Numbered from the stretch's first letter, positions 26,818 through 37,578 are shown. The stretch: DNA of 64,000 nucleotides from Elusimicrobiaceae bacterium (GCA_045129775.1 JBGUOO010000041.1:1545-65544); one strand, 5' to 3'. The notes: generated from the letters alone by a model not told the origin. Numbers and translations: made by a program.

Positions 26818-28338
26818 TTATTTATTAAGCCACTTCCAAAACGCATCTTCAAAAGCCGATATGTTTCTATAATGGTAAGCGCGTTCTAACGCTTTTTCCA
26901 CGGAATAGGGCTCATAGACTTGTTTGCCGCGGGAATCTTTGACTAAAAAACCGGTAGAAGGGTCGCGCACGGCCTCTCCGTCGGCCACCAGGCGGGTAAA
27001 TTGTTCAAATTGCATACGGTTAGAAGGAGACATTCCCCCCGCCGGATTCAGCAAAAAACGAACCATTAAATAGGCTTGCAAATACCAATTTTGCACGTCT
27101 GCCTTGCCTTCGGCCGCCTCCAGCGAGCCTTCCTGCATAAAATCTTCAAACGGCATTAAACGCACGGGTTTGCCGCGGCGGTTTATATTTTTGTTTCCGC
27201 GTTGGGAAATGGGCGTGAACGGTTTGGGCTCAAATCCGCTAAACATAGATTTAGAACCAAAATTAGCCGGCATGGTGCTGGGGTCCCGCTCAAAACGTAA
27301 GGTGCGGTAATCATGATCCCACGGGCCGCCTTGTTTGCCGGCAAACATTTGGTCTTCCACCAGCACGGCTAACCCTTCGTCTAACCAAGTGGGCGTCATA
27401 ATACGCCCGGTTTGGTGCTTGTCAAAAAATTGTTGGGTAAAAATGTGGGTGAGCTCGTGTGCAAACACTTCTTTAAGTTCTTGTGTTTTGCCGGGCTCGT
27501 CATAGACGACAATTTCCCCGCGGGTTGGGTAGGCTACGGCACGCGTCCAAGCTTTGGCATTGGGCTCATAGCGCAAGTAGGAATTATGGTCCTGATATAC
27601 AAACACCCGCACCCGGCCGGACATCATCCACGGAATAAAGCGCCTAAGCGTATCGTAAGCGGTTTCAAAAGTCATGGCCATATTAGCCGAGCCAATGGAA
27701 CCGTTGGGCTTTTGGGTATAAATATCAAAATGGGTACTCTTAGACGGCATCCACTGTACCCCGGGGCGGAAAGCATTTGGGTTAAACGCTTTTTTGGCAG
27801 AAGGCACCTTAGAAGGTTTGTTTTTGGCGGCAGAAGGCGGAATAGCGCGGCCCGTTTGGGCTTCTTTTTTAGATTCTTCCAACATTTTTACGGCATATTC
27901 CAGCTCCGCGTCGGCCGCATCTTCTTCCTCGGTATTTTCCACCGGTTCCGACGTAATGGTTGCGGTAGAAGGGGCCGTAGTAACTGCAGAGGTTTTGGGT
28001 TGAACGGTTTTAGGTTTAGGGGCCGGGGCTACCGTAGTTTGCACGGTAGTAGTAGAACCCCCCACCGCTAAAGGGATATCCAACGTATGGGCCGAAGACC
28101 GGGCCGTGGCGGCAGGGGTAGAAGTAACTGTCGGGCGCGGCGCACGCACCACCCGCGGCGGTTTTTTGGACCCCGGCGCGGCGAACGGAGAATTTTGTTT
28201 GGCAGATTCTTTAAGTAAATCTACAGAAGAAGACGGCGCCACTACCGCAGTGGGAACCTGAATATTCGGGTCCGCCGAGGTCTGCCCCCATGCGTTTACA
28301 CCCCCTACCAGTAAAATAATTGCCGCCCATTTATACAT
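26818..28338 (-). CDS. Secreted gluzincin-type metallopeptidase-like protein with a Pro/Thr/Ser-rich linker
   Basis: Signal peptide; HELTH...WLDEGLA motif; 3 nt downstream of the last pilin-operon gene. Confidence 0.75.
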   Translation of the reverse strand: MYKWAAIILLVGGVNAWGQTSADPNIQVPTAVVAPSSSVDLLKESAKQNSPFAAPGSKKPPRVVRAPRPTVTSTPAATARSSAHTLDIPLAVGGSTTTVQTTVAPAPKPKTVQPKTSAVTTAPSTATITSEPVENTEEEDAADAELEYAVKMLEESKKEAQTGRAIPPSAAKNKPSKVPSAKKAFNPNAFRPGVQWMPSKSTHFDIYTQKPNGSIGSANMAMTFETAYDTLRRFIPWMMSGRVRVFVYQDHNSYLRYEPNAKAWTRAVAYPTRGEIVVYDEPGKTQELKEVFAHELTHIFTQQFFDKHQTGRIMTPTWLDEGLAVLVEDQMFAGKQGGPWDHDYRTLRFERDPSTMPANFGSKSMFSGFEPKPFTPISQRGNKNINRRGKPVRLMPFEDFMQEGSLEAAEGKADVQNWYLQAYLMVRFLLNPAGGMSPSNRMQFEQFTRLVADGEAVRDPSTGFLVKDSRGKQVYEPYSVEKALERAYHYRNISAFEDAFWKWLNK

Positions 28339-28341
28339 AGT

Positions 28342-28788
28342 TTATAATGTATCCCGGCTGTTTAAAATGGTATAGGTAATTTTACAAGGCTGAGAAGCCC
28401 CTGCTACGCTTTCCATTTTAGCTTCTACCGTGTATGTAATATTATGTTGTTTGGAAATTTCTACATAACAAGTATGTTTTTGCTTTTTAGGGAATCCATT
28501 GGCATCATTGCCCGATTCGCACCCATAACCGGAATCCGTTGAAGAATCACACATTTGACAAGCCGCTAAATCCCGCGCATAGGCAACCGGCGTTTTAGTG
28601 GCCCAAATAGCGTTTACTTCCGCCATGCAAGACTCAATGACCGATTGCGCCATCATGGTGTGACGTGTTTGGCGGGAAGTAATCGTGCGGGAAAGAGACA
28701 ACCGCAAAATCATAGCAGACATACCGGCTAAAATAGCCGCTACAATCAATACCTGTAACAAAGCCGCACCCCGTTTATTTAACAACAT
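28342..28788 (-). CDS. Minor pilin, PilX/GspK-like
   Basis: RG|AALLQVLIV atypical prepilin motif lacking Glu5. Confidence 0.75.
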   Translation of the reverse strand: MLLNKRGAALLQVLIVAAILAGMSAMILRLSLSRTITSRQTRHTMMAQSVIESCMAEVNAIWATKTPVAYARDLAACQMCDSSTDSGYGCESGNDANGFPKKQKHTCYVEISKQHNITYTVEAKMESVAGASQPCKITYTILNSRDTL

Positions 28789-28802
28789 GGTATTTTCTCC
28801 CT

Positions 28803-29336
28803 TTAGCTGCCTACCGGCTTTATAGCAAAACCGTGCGGCAATATAATTGTTTCGTCCACAATTTCTTTAATGGCCGGGTTTGTATTCATCCCTACCACTA
28901 GTTGTATGTGCAAGATAGCCCCTACATTGTCACTTCCCCCAGCCGATTCGGTATAAAACGAAGGGGAAGCCCAAGAAGAAGTCCCGGATTGGACATAATT
29001 GAGTACTGTTTCGCCGTTACGGGTACAGGTAGCGTTGGCCTGGCAAGTGTATGAAATCTCAGATGTTATCTGATGATCCGGCCCCAACTTAGAGGTACCA
29101 CTTTGCCTTAACGTAATTCCCGTACCGCTTACACTGGCCGATTCCGATTCCCGGATATCTTGGCGAAGCTGACGTAAAAACAAAGAAACTTGGTTGCGCA
29201 ACATAAGCCGCACCCGGCCTACCCCGCTTTCACGCAAAGCGGCGGTGCTCAGGGCCGCCAACGCTACCCCGATAATCCCCACAATCATAACGGCCAGTAA
29301 AATTTCCGTTAATGTAAAACCTTTTTTATTCTTCAT
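28803..29336 (-). CDS. Minor pilin, PilW/GspJ-like
   Basis: KG|FTLTEILLAV. Confidence 0.8.
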   Translation of the reverse strand: MKNKKGFTLTEILLAVMIVGIIGVALAALSTAALRESGVGRVRLMLRNQVSLFLRQLRQDIRESESASVSGTGITLRQSGTSKLGPDHQITSEISYTCQANATCTRNGETVLNYVQSGTSSWASPSFYTESAGGSDNVGAILHIQLVVGMNTNPAIKEIVDETIILPHGFAIKPVGS

Positions 29337-29857
29337 AATTCATACCCGTTACATTTAATGGTAAAAGTAACTTTCAAAGTAGATGTTTCCGCGGAGGTGC
29401 CCGAACAATTATTACATAGCTTGGCTACACGGTTGTCACCACCTTCCCGGTGTTTGGTATAGTCCAAATTAGTAGCAAAGGAGTTCCCGCTACTTATTTT
29501 ATAAGAAAATGCACTTTGCGACGAAGAAGCATCGCAAATTTTTGGCAATAAGCATTTAATATTATGATCTGTTCCAGCCTGCAGTGGGTTGGAATCCCCC
29601 CCGCACAAACCATTGGCCAAACCGCTGGGAAGGCGTGCCTTGGCAAATGAATCATTATTGGTATTAATATAAATTTGCAGTTTATCTTTGGCTTTTTCAA
29701 CGGCCAGGGCCATTTCTTCGCGCATGTCGGGCTGGGTAGATTTACGCGCGGCCGACAGCAATACCCCAAATGCCCCGACGGTCACTACGGCCAAAAGCCC
29801 CAAGGCAATGATACCTTCCAATACGGTTACACCTTTTTTATTGTTTAAAATTTTCAT
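29333..29857 (-). CDS. Minor pilin, PilV/GspI-like
   Basis: KG|VTVLEGIIAL. Confidence 0.78.
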   Translation of the reverse strand: MKILNNKKGVTVLEGIIALGLLAVVTVGAFGVLLSAARKSTQPDMREEMALAVEKAKDKLQIYINTNNDSFAKARLPSGLANGLCGGDSNPLQAGTDHNIKCLLPKICDASSSQSAFSYKISSGNSFATNLDYTKHREGGDNRVAKLCNNCSGTSAETSTLKVTFTIKCNGYEL

Positions 29858-29872
29858 AATCAGTTCCTATGT

Positions 29873-30346
29873 TTAGTCGTCCTCGGTAATTGTCATATCC
29901 CGGTTGACAATAAAAGAACGGGCCGTTTCCGAGCCGGAAACATTTTCGGTCCCCGTTACAAAAACGCCGTCGGTGCGCGGGTCCGACACGGCAAACGTAT
30001 AAGGCAAATCTACAAACATTTTGGGCGAAATATATCCACATCCGAATACAACCGTTGCGCCCCCGCTACAACTGCCCGGAATCCCGGTTAACACTGAATG
30101 CCCCGCCGGACAAGTCACCCCGGATGCATCCGAGCCCGAAAAACTACCCGACGCTAAACAGCCTTTTGTGTCCGTATAAAAAGAGCGCACCGCCTCCGCT
30201 AGTTGCACGGCCGCCGCTTTGGCTTTTTGATAGCGCATTTCACGCCGTACAGACTTAATCAACGGCACCGCAAACGAAGCCACTACGGCAATGACTAACA
30301 ATACAGCTAAAATTTCCATTAACGTAAAACCTTGTTTATTTTTCAT
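29873..30346 (-). CDS. Pilin/pseudopilin
   Basis: QG|FTLMEILAV. Confidence 0.85.
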   Translation of the reverse strand: MKNKQGFTLMEILAVLLVIAVVASFAVPLIKSVRREMRYQKAKAAAVQLAEAVRSFYTDTKGCLASGSFSGSDASGVTCPAGHSVLTGIPGSCSGGATVVFGCGYISPKMFVDLPYTFAVSDPRTDGVFVTGTENVSGSETARSFIVNRDMTITEDD

Positions 30347-30354
30347 AACAATTC

Positions 30355-30846
30355 CTAATTTGGGGTTTTATCAAAACCATCCCCGTTGATTTTTGTACAA
30401 TACGTAAATCCGTCATTGGCACGGCCTTTTCCCTCAAAACATACCCTCACGTTATCTTTGCCGGCGCTTGTAAACCACATATCTACCGAACCGGTACGAG
30501 TGCCGTCGGTATTTTTGGTATCGTACGCCACTTGACGGTATTCCAAAAACCCGCAATCCACCAAATTCTGCACAGCGCCGGGACTCGTAAAACACTTATC
30601 GCGCGGTACCAACAACACAGGTATTTTATTGCTTGACCCGGTTGGGAAAGAGGCAGCACCCGGATATTCCGTATAATAGCGTTGCGCGGCACTTACCAGT
30701 AATAGCGCACGGGACTTAGCATCTTCAATGCGAATATCCGAGGCCGATGCACGGAACGCCTGCGTGGCAAACATGGCCAGTACCCCAATTAAAGCCGCCG
30801 CAATTAACAATTCCATTAACGTAAAACCTTTGTGATTGGCTATCAT
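30355..30846 (-). CDS. Pilin/pseudopilin
   Basis: KG|FTLMELLIAA. Confidence 0.85.
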   Translation of the reverse strand: MIANHKGFTLMELLIAAALIGVLAMFATQAFRASASDIRIEDAKSRALLLVSAAQRYYTEYPGAASFPTGSSNKIPVLLVPRDKCFTSPGAVQNLVDCGFLEYRQVAYDTKNTDGTRTGSVDMWFTSAGKDNVRVCFEGKGRANDGFTYCTKINGDGFDKTPN

Positions 30847-30859
30847 ATATACACCCCGG

Positions 30860-31453
30860 TTATTTACAATCCGTCCCTTTTAAGCGCTCTACACTGCCTT
30901 CTTCCAACATAACCGCCCCTAAATAACAATCTTTTTTAGTACCCGATTTAAGCATACAACCAATCGGCTTTTTAGCACTATTGGTGGGCGATTTACATTG
31001 TTTGACAGCGGCGCTAGTAGAAGTTCCGTTTAATAAGTAAAAACTATACCCTTTGGTATTGGTTAAGGGTTTTAAATATTCAAACTCCGTCAGCGCCCAT
31101 ATAAAAGCTTTGCGTGTATTAGCGTCCGTCCCTTGAGACACTACATATTGATTCCAAGATTGCTTTTTTTCTGCGGTGGTACTGGGGGCCTTGGTTGCCC
31201 AGTTTGTCCCTCCATATTGGATATATGAACCACTGGTAGGCACGGTTGTAATGGACACCCCGGTATTCAGTTTTAAATCCCGCTTTAAGGAGTTAACCGC
31301 ATTACCCAGCGCCAACAGATTACCCAAAGCAGCATGATAATCCCCGCGTTCCTGCATGCGCTTATACGCCGGCACGGCAAATGCAAGCACGCCCCCGGCA
31401 ATGAGCACTACAAACAATACTTCCACTAACGTAAAACCGTATTTCCTACGCAT
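30860..31453 (-). CDS. Pilin/pseudopilin
   Basis: YG|FTLVEVLFVV. Confidence 0.85.
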   Translation of the reverse strand: MRRKYGFTLVEVLFVVLIAGGVLAFAVPAYKRMQERGDYHAALGNLLALGNAVNSLKRDLKLNTGVSITTVPTSGSYIQYGGTNWATKAPSTTAEKKQSWNQYVVSQGTDANTRKAFIWALTEFEYLKPLTNTKGYSFYLLNGTSTSAAVKQCKSPTNSAKKPIGCMLKSGTKKDCYLGAVMLEEGSVERLKGTDCK

Positions 31454-31535
31454 ACAAACTCCTTTGGCACTTACTTAAGTATGGGCCAAAAACAGGCATT
31501 TGTCAAGGGAATTTCCCCTTGTATTTTCCACCCCT

Positions 31536-32756
31536 TTAACCGCCGATTTGAGACAGTTTGAAAATAGGTAAGAAAATAGATGCCACAATAATACCGATCA
31601 GCACACCGACCCCAACAATTAAAATTGGGTCAATAACCGCGGAGAAACGGGCAATAAACTGGTCCACGTTATCGGCATAGAATTTTGCCAATGTTTGAAT
31701 AATGCTGGGCAACTTACCAGATTCTTCACCCATTCTCATCATTTCGGTCATTAGGCCGGGGAAGACCCCCGTTGCCGCAAACGAATCCGAAATGGCCTTA
31801 CCGGCCGCTACGTCCGCACGTACTTGCTTAAGCGCGTTTTGGATAATGACGTTACCGTCAAATGATTCTTCCAGTACGCCTAAAGCATTTAAAATGGTTA
31901 CACCACTGCGTAGCAACGTAGCCATGGTAGAAAGCAAGCGGTCATAGTAAATGTTCTTCAAAAAATTACCGAAAATCGGCATGGTCAGCAAGAACGAATG
32001 CCAGCGTTTGCGGCCGTTGGGAGTGCGAATGTAAAAACGGAACGCAAAGAACAACCCCACCATGGTTAAAATAAGGGCTACCGCATGGTTGGTAATGGCA
32101 CTGGATACTTTTAACACAATAATGGTTAAAAGCGGTAAGGTTAAGTTGAAGTCTTCAAAAATTTGTGCAAACGTAGGCACGATACCCACAATAAAGTAAA
32201 TCAACACGCCCACAGACGCTATACACAAAATGGTCGGGTAGGTAATGGCCGTAATGATTTTGCTTTTCATCCCTTCCTGGGTTTTGGTATAGATAGACAA
32301 CTGCATCAGCGTATCGGCAATTTGCCCGCCAACTTCCCCCGCCTGTACGAGCGACAGCCACACATGGCTAAATGTGCGGGGATGCTGGGCCAACGCCTCG
32401 TGCAAAGATTGACCGCCCGAAATATCGTGCGTTACTTGCATAAGTACCATACCTAACGTCGGGTTAGAAGAATACTGCCCCAACAGGGATACGGCACGCA
32501 CTAACGGCACACCCCCGGCAATCAGGGTGGAAAGTTGTTCGGCAAAAAATGCGAGCACATGCCCCGGTACTTTACCCCCGCGTTTACGGGTGGTCTGCTT
32601 AGAAGAAAAGAGTCCCCCCGTCGCTTCTGTAATATCCAGTACCAAATAACCCTTGTTTTGCAAGGCGGCACGCAAACGGTCTTTACTGTCCGTTGTATAA
32701 GACCCGGTAAAGGTCTTTCCCTGTTCATCTCTTACTTTATATGTATATTTAGGCAT
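31536..32756 (-). CDS. pilC: Type IV pilus/T2SS inner-membrane platform protein (PilC/GspF)
   Basis: QLSTLIAGGVPL, GEVGGQI, YPTIL, GEESGKL, IFLPIF. Confidence 0.93.
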   Translation of the reverse strand: MPKYTYKVRDEQGKTFTGSYTTDSKDRLRAALQNKGYLVLDITEATGGLFSSKQTTRKRGGKVPGHVLAFFAEQLSTLIAGGVPLVRAVSLLGQYSSNPTLGMVLMQVTHDISGGQSLHEALAQHPRTFSHVWLSLVQAGEVGGQIADTLMQLSIYTKTQEGMKSKIITAITYPTILCIASVGVLIYFIVGIVPTFAQIFEDFNLTLPLLTIIVLKVSSAITNHAVALILTMVGLFFAFRFYIRTPNGRKRWHSFLLTMPIFGNFLKNIYYDRLLSTMATLLRSGVTILNALGVLEESFDGNVIIQNALKQVRADVAAGKAISDSFAATGVFPGLMTEMMRMGEESGKLPSIIQTLAKFYADNVDQFIARFSAVIDPILIVGVGVLIGIIVASIFLPIFKLSQIGG

Positions 32757-32780
32757 ATTTTCATCCTTTGCAAACTAATT

Positions 32781-34517
32781 TTATTCGTCGGAAGTTGTAA
32801 TACTTAAAATCTCATCAATCGTCGTCAAGCCACGCACCACTTTATGCCAACCGTTAGCACGCAGATTGAGCGCCCCCGAAGCATTGGCCGCCTTTTTCAA
32901 GGCCACCAAATCTTGCGTTTTATAGATAATATTACGCATTTCTTCCGTCATACGATACACTTCGTAAATAGCACGCCGGCCACTAAAACCGGTGCCAAAA
33001 CATTTGGGGCAACCTACCGCTTTAAAGAAGGTCCAGGCGTTTTGGTCGCGCGGGTTGAGGTGCCCTTCCCGAATGATACGTTCTAAAGAAGCAGAATCGG
33101 GCATATGGGGCACTTTGCAATAGGGACACAAAATACGTACCAAACGCTGGGCCGCCACAAGCGCCATAGAGCTGGCCAATAAGAACGGTTCCATCCCCAT
33201 ATCAATTAAACGCGGAATAGCCCCTAACGCTTCGTTGGTGTGTAAGGTGGAAAGCACTAAGTGACCCGTTAAAGCCGCTTTTAAGCACGCTTCGGCAGTT
33301 TCGTTATCGCGGACCTCCCCTACCAGGATGACGTCCGGGTCCTGACGTAAGAAGGAACGCAACCCCGCCGCAAAGGTAAGCCCGATGGCGGGTTTTACCT
33401 GCACTTGGCTGATACCGGCCAATTTGTATTCTACCGGGTCTTCCAAGGTCATAAAGTTGAGCTCGCTGGTACGGATAGAGGTAAGCACCGCGTTTAACGT
33501 AGTAGATTTACCCGAACCGGTAGGCCCTGTTAAGAAAATCAGGCCGTGGGGCAAGTTGGCGGCTTCCAAGAAAGCTTTTTTCTGGGCCGGTTCAAAACCC
33601 AGTTTATCAATATTCATTTCACCGGTACCTTTATCCAAAATACGAAGCACCAGTTTTTCCCCATATACGGCCGGGCAGACAGACACACGGACCTCAATGG
33701 AGCGGTTTTGATAACGAATGGTAAAACTGCCGTCTTGCGGTAAACGCTTTTCGGCAATATCCAATTTTGACAAAATTTTAATACGGGAAATAATAGCATT
33801 TACCGCATCTTTAGCAGGCGCCGTGCGTTCATACAACGAACCGTCAATACGGAAACGCAAACTTACACGTTCGTCAAATAGTTCCAAGTGAATATCACTG
33901 GTACGCTCGGAAATGGCTTGACGTAAAATAGCGTTTACTTGCTTGACATATTGCGATGCATTGGGGTTCATGCGATCCAGGTCCAACACGCCGGTTACTT
34001 CTACTTCTTCGTCGCTGGCGGCTTGGGCGGCCGGGTCCACCGCTTGCATTGTTTCGTTCATGACTTCTTCCAATAAGTTTTTATTGGAATAAAAAGCGTC
34101 AATAACCCCTAATAACTGTGACTTGCTGGTGATGAACGGCTGCACTTGCTTGCCGGACATCATTTTGATATTTTCAATTAAAAACAGGTTGGTAGGGTCT
34201 AACAGGGCAATAGCGAGGGAGTCGTCTTCCATAAACAATGGAACGACCATGTTTTCACGCGCAAACTTTTCGGAAATAATTTCTTGTAAATTTTGCTCCC
34301 GTTCTGGTACTAAAATACCGTTCTCACGGGAAGCATATGGAATAGCAAAATGTTTGGAAAGAGCAATTGTTACCTGTTCTTCGGTAGCAAAACCAAAGCG
34401 CAAAATAGCTTCGGCAATAGAGATATTGTTTTGCTTGGCGTAAAGCTGAGCTTGTTTATCTTGCTCGGCTGTAATTTTCCCTTGTTCGACTAAAATTTCA
34501 TTTAACTGTTTGGCCAT
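32781..34517 (-). CDS. pilB: Type IV pilus assembly ATPase (PilB/GspE)
   Basis: LDIAEKRLPQDG, TGPTGSGKSTTL Walker A, LRQDPDVILVGEVRD, TGHLVLSTLH, CxxC...CxxC; N-terminal MshEN/GSPE-N-like region. Confidence 0.95.
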   Translation of the reverse strand: MAKQLNEILVEQGKITAEQDKQAQLYAKQNNISIAEAILRFGFATEEQVTIALSKHFAIPYASRENGILVPEREQNLQEIISEKFARENMVVPLFMEDDSLAIALLDPTNLFLIENIKMMSGKQVQPFITSKSQLLGVIDAFYSNKNLLEEVMNETMQAVDPAAQAASDEEVEVTGVLDLDRMNPNASQYVKQVNAILRQAISERTSDIHLELFDERVSLRFRIDGSLYERTAPAKDAVNAIISRIKILSKLDIAEKRLPQDGSFTIRYQNRSIEVRVSVCPAVYGEKLVLRILDKGTGEMNIDKLGFEPAQKKAFLEAANLPHGLIFLTGPTGSGKSTTLNAVLTSIRTSELNFMTLEDPVEYKLAGISQVQVKPAIGLTFAAGLRSFLRQDPDVILVGEVRDNETAEACLKAALTGHLVLSTLHTNEALGAIPRLIDMGMEPFLLASSMALVAAQRLVRILCPYCKVPHMPDSASLERIIREGHLNPRDQNAWTFFKAVGCPKCFGTGFSGRRAIYEVYRMTEEMRNIIYKTQDLVALKKAANASGALNLRANGWHKVVRGLTTIDEILSITTSDE

Positions 34518-34593
34518 ATAAACCCTATTACAACCGCCTTATAGCGTACATACCTGCCCCCAGGGAACTGGGGGCAGGTAAAAACTCTCACAC

Positions 34594-36207
34594 TTATTCC
34601 GCCAAAATAGTCGGCGTGATAAAGATGACTAAGTCCGTCGTGCTCTTGGATTTAGAGCGGCTGGTAAACAACCAACCTAACAGCGGGATGTCCCCAAGCA
34701 GCGGTACTTTGCGCGTTTGATCCGTTTCGCGCGAAGTGAGTAAGCCGCCGATGACAACCGTTTGTCCGTTTTTCACACGCACCAGCGTAGAAGCGGCACG
34801 CGTGATGGTATCCAAAGCAAAGTCAAACCCCGAAGCTACTACATCGGAATACGTAGGTTGTATGTACAAGGTTACGTAGCCTTCGCGGTTGACTTGCGGG
34901 GTTACCTGCAAGGTCAAACCCACCCGTTTACGTTCGGCGGATGTAGTAGTCGTCGCCGTAGCAGTTGTGCTGCCGGAATCGGTTACCGTACGGCCTACGG
35001 TAGCATCCGTAGAGGTGGTAATCGTTGCGGTTTTGTTGTTGAGCGTTACTACTTTGGGTTTACCCAAGTATTTGGCTTCCCCGCGGGTTAACAACGCTTT
35101 GAGGACAATGTTAAATGCGTTAAGGTTGAGTACCCCGGCTTGGTTATCGCTGTTACCGGTGGTAGTGGTAGTCGTCGTCCCGCCGGAAGAGGAAGAACTT
35201 TCGTTTTCCAATTCTTTGGAGCTGGGGAAGATCCAATCCCAACCGTGTAATTTTTGGCTACCATCGTACGTTTTACCATGGAAAAATTCCGAAGTGAGCG
35301 TACGGGAAGGAGCCGTTATCTGCGCCAGTGTACCGTCAGAACCACCATATTCAAACCCAAGGCTTAAACCGCTGGTCTTGCTGACTTCCACAATTTGCGC
35401 TTCAATTAAAATCTGCGGAGGCTTGATATCCAATTCCGCTAAGATGTTTTCCACTTGCGGAAATACTTCCGGCACGTCTGTAATAATCAATTTGTTCGTG
35501 CGCGGGTCAACGGCAATTTTACCCACAGGGGATAACATGCTGCCCACAATGCCCGTAATCGTAGAGCCGGTAGCATACGAATCGCCACCGCCCATACGCA
35601 GATTGTTGGTCATGCCAGATGAATCATAAGAGGTAGACCCACTGGAAAAACCACCGGAGGAATTCCCAGTAGACACATCTTGCGGCATAATGCTGTTCAG
35701 TTCGTTTTGCGCAGAGCCTACCCCTTGCAACGAGATATAGCTAAGCGTATAAATTTTGGTAATCGTGTCCGGCGCATCATTGGAACGCTTGGTTACGACA
35801 TAGCTGTCACTCTTACCAATGCGTTGGTACGCCAACCCATGTACCCGAAGCAGGGTATCTAACGCTTCACGCACCGTTACGCGCGTAAGCGAGGCGGTCA
35901 CTTTCTTATTCGCGAATTCTTCGCTCATAATAAAGTTAATCTTGGCCTGGGTAGTAATACTGTTTAAGAACGCCGATATCGGCACATTCGCTACCCGAAT
36001 GGACACTTTTCTGTCTAAGGGAGAAGAAGTTTCCACTTCCTTATACAGGTCCGTAGCGGTGGACGGAGCAGCTGTTACTTTCACGTCCTCCGTTAAAGCA
36101 ATGGCACCATCACTGGGAATCATTTGGCGTTCCTGCTGGGCAACTGCCGGAACCGTAATCCCCAACGTGACAATACCTGCCAACATTACTGCTAAACGAT
36201 TTGTCAT
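34594..36207 (-). CDS. Secretin (PilQ/GspD family)
   Basis: DPRTNKLIITD, QILIEAQIVEV, VTPQVN, TVVIGGL, KVPLLGDIPLLGWLF. Confidence 0.93.
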   Translation of the reverse strand: MTNRLAVMLAGIVTLGITVPAVAQQERQMIPSDGAIALTEDVKVTAAPSTATDLYKEVETSSPLDRKVSIRVANVPISAFLNSITTQAKINFIMSEEFANKKVTASLTRVTVREALDTLLRVHGLAYQRIGKSDSYVVTKRSNDAPDTITKIYTLSYISLQGVGSAQNELNSIMPQDVSTGNSSGGFSSGSTSYDSSGMTNNLRMGGGDSYATGSTITGIVGSMLSPVGKIAVDPRTNKLIITDVPEVFPQVENILAELDIKPPQILIEAQIVEVSKTSGLSLGFEYGGSDGTLAQITAPSRTLTSEFFHGKTYDGSQKLHGWDWIFPSSKELENESSSSSGGTTTTTTTGNSDNQAGVLNLNAFNIVLKALLTRGEAKYLGKPKVVTLNNKTATITTSTDATVGRTVTDSGSTTATATTTTSAERKRVGLTLQVTPQVNREGYVTLYIQPTYSDVVASGFDFALDTITRAASTLVRVKNGQTVVIGGLLTSRETDQTRKVPLLGDIPLLGWLFTSRSKSKSTTDLVIFITPTILAE

Positions 36208-36259
36208 CTATCCTCCTGTGTGAGTATACTTCAAATGAACTAAATACTGCAAATCCGTT

Positions 36260-36805
36260 TTAAATTTTCACTTTCTTTACAAAGCGGTGCCCCTTATATA
36301 CAAAGGTAACCGAATCCGGCCCGACGGCCACAATTTTAGCCCCTTTATACGTATGCCCTACTGTGTAAAGTTTCCCTTCTATCAATACTTCTTTATCAAT
36401 CAACCCGCTGATATGAATTTGGTTGCGGATGATAATAGTAGGGTCTTTAATCAAAGCCAGCTCCCATTGGCGGCGGCGTTCTTCTTCGGCCAGGCGTTTT
36501 TTCTCAGCTTCGGCTTGGCGGCGGCGCTCGGCGGCTTCGGCAGCCATGCGTTGCTGTTCACGGTGCCGAATTAACAATATATCATCCGGGGAAAGCATAG
36601 GGTCACGCTGATTTTGCAAAGAAAATGAAACCTGCGGTTTTACAATCGCTTCCCGCGGCGCGGACATTTCCGACTCTTCCCCTGCGCGGTCAAACCCGTC
36701 CATCATGCCATCGTCTTCCGCAAAATTCCCCTGGGCATATACAGCCGGGGCCGCACATAAGATAATTCCCACCCATCCAATGACTAAAAATGTATACTTT
36801 CTCAT
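36260..36805 (-). CDS. Pilus assembly protein, PilP-like position
   Basis: Signal segment, RDPMLSP, C-terminal beta domain; lies between PilO-like gene and secretin. Confidence 0.6.
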   Translation of the reverse strand: MRKYTFLVIGWVGIILCAAPAVYAQGNFAEDDGMMDGFDRAGEESEMSAPREAIVKPQVSFSLQNQRDPMLSPDDILLIRHREQQRMAAEAAERRRQAEAEKKRLAEEERRRQWELALIKDPTIIIRNQIHISGLIDKEVLIEGKLYTVGHTYKGAKIVAVGPDSVTFVYKGHRFVKKVKI

Positions 36806-37575
36806 TTGGCTCCCTCCGTGGGATTCGTAGCCGGTGCTGCCACAGGCTGTTTTTGGGCATTGATTTTTTCCATTTGCTGGGCATAGTCCTTAAATAATTT
36901 CGGACCATATTTCTCTTTGGGAAATACGGTATTAAATTTAACCGTTATCGCATTGTTACCCAAATCTTCTTTTCCGGTCAGCTTGGAAATAGAAATCTCA
37001 GACACCCGCAAAAAAGCATCTCCGTTTTCCATATCTGCTAACATTTTCCCTAAATCTTTATAGCTTTGTTGCCACGAAACCGGCTGTGACACCACCATAA
37101 ATACCTTTTGGTCATTTTCCGCAAAGTTACCATCTATTTTGGGGGATAAATCATGCTTCCCAAATAAGCTCATCAAGGTGCTGGGCATCCAGTCACTTTT
37201 TTGTTCCATACCGGGGAACAACGGCTCTAGCCGTAACAAATGGTCTTTATTATCCAAATAATCTTCTTTATTGGTTTGTTGGATGGTAATAGCAGACATT
37301 TGGTCTTTGAGCTCTGCCTTATGCTCCGACAGTTTACCGTTAGCCATTTTGACCACCAAAAATACAGCTGCAAGCACCACAAACTGTTTTACAAATAAGG
37401 TAAATTTACCTTCTGCACAAACATTTTTGATATTTTGCAACCCTTCTTTAAATTCCACTAATTTGGAATTTTGTCTGGCCCAGCTGGGCAACTGCCCATC
37501 CTCTGTTTTGGAGAAGATCCCTTTTAGTTTTTGGGCTGATAAGTTATTTTTAAATTTTTCTAAATCAAATGCCAT
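36802..37575 (-). CDS. Pilus assembly protein, PilO/GspM-like
   Basis: Single TM segment, coiled coil, C-terminal ferredoxin-like pattern (YKDLGKMLADME...LRVSEISI). Confidence 0.65.
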   Translation of the reverse strand: MAFDLEKFKNNLSAQKLKGIFSKTEDGQLPSWARQNSKLVEFKEGLQNIKNVCAEGKFTLFVKQFVVLAAVFLVVKMANGKLSEHKAELKDQMSAITIQQTNKEDYLDNKDHLLRLEPLFPGMEQKSDWMPSTLMSLFGKHDLSPKIDGNFAENDQKVFMVVSQPVSWQQSYKDLGKMLADMENGDAFLRVSEISISKLTGKEDLGNNAITVKFNTVFPKEKYGPKLFKDYAQQMEKINAQKQPVAAPATNPTEGAK

Positions 37576-37578
37576 AGC

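Noticed and set aside
27412-28071. Long antisense or alternative-frame ORFs in the track (e.g. 27412-28071, 34889-35629, 11151-11768, 2334-2927, 44773-45402)
   Set aside because: They overlap well-supported genes on the opposite strand and have no SD or recognisable motifs; these are shadow ORFs.
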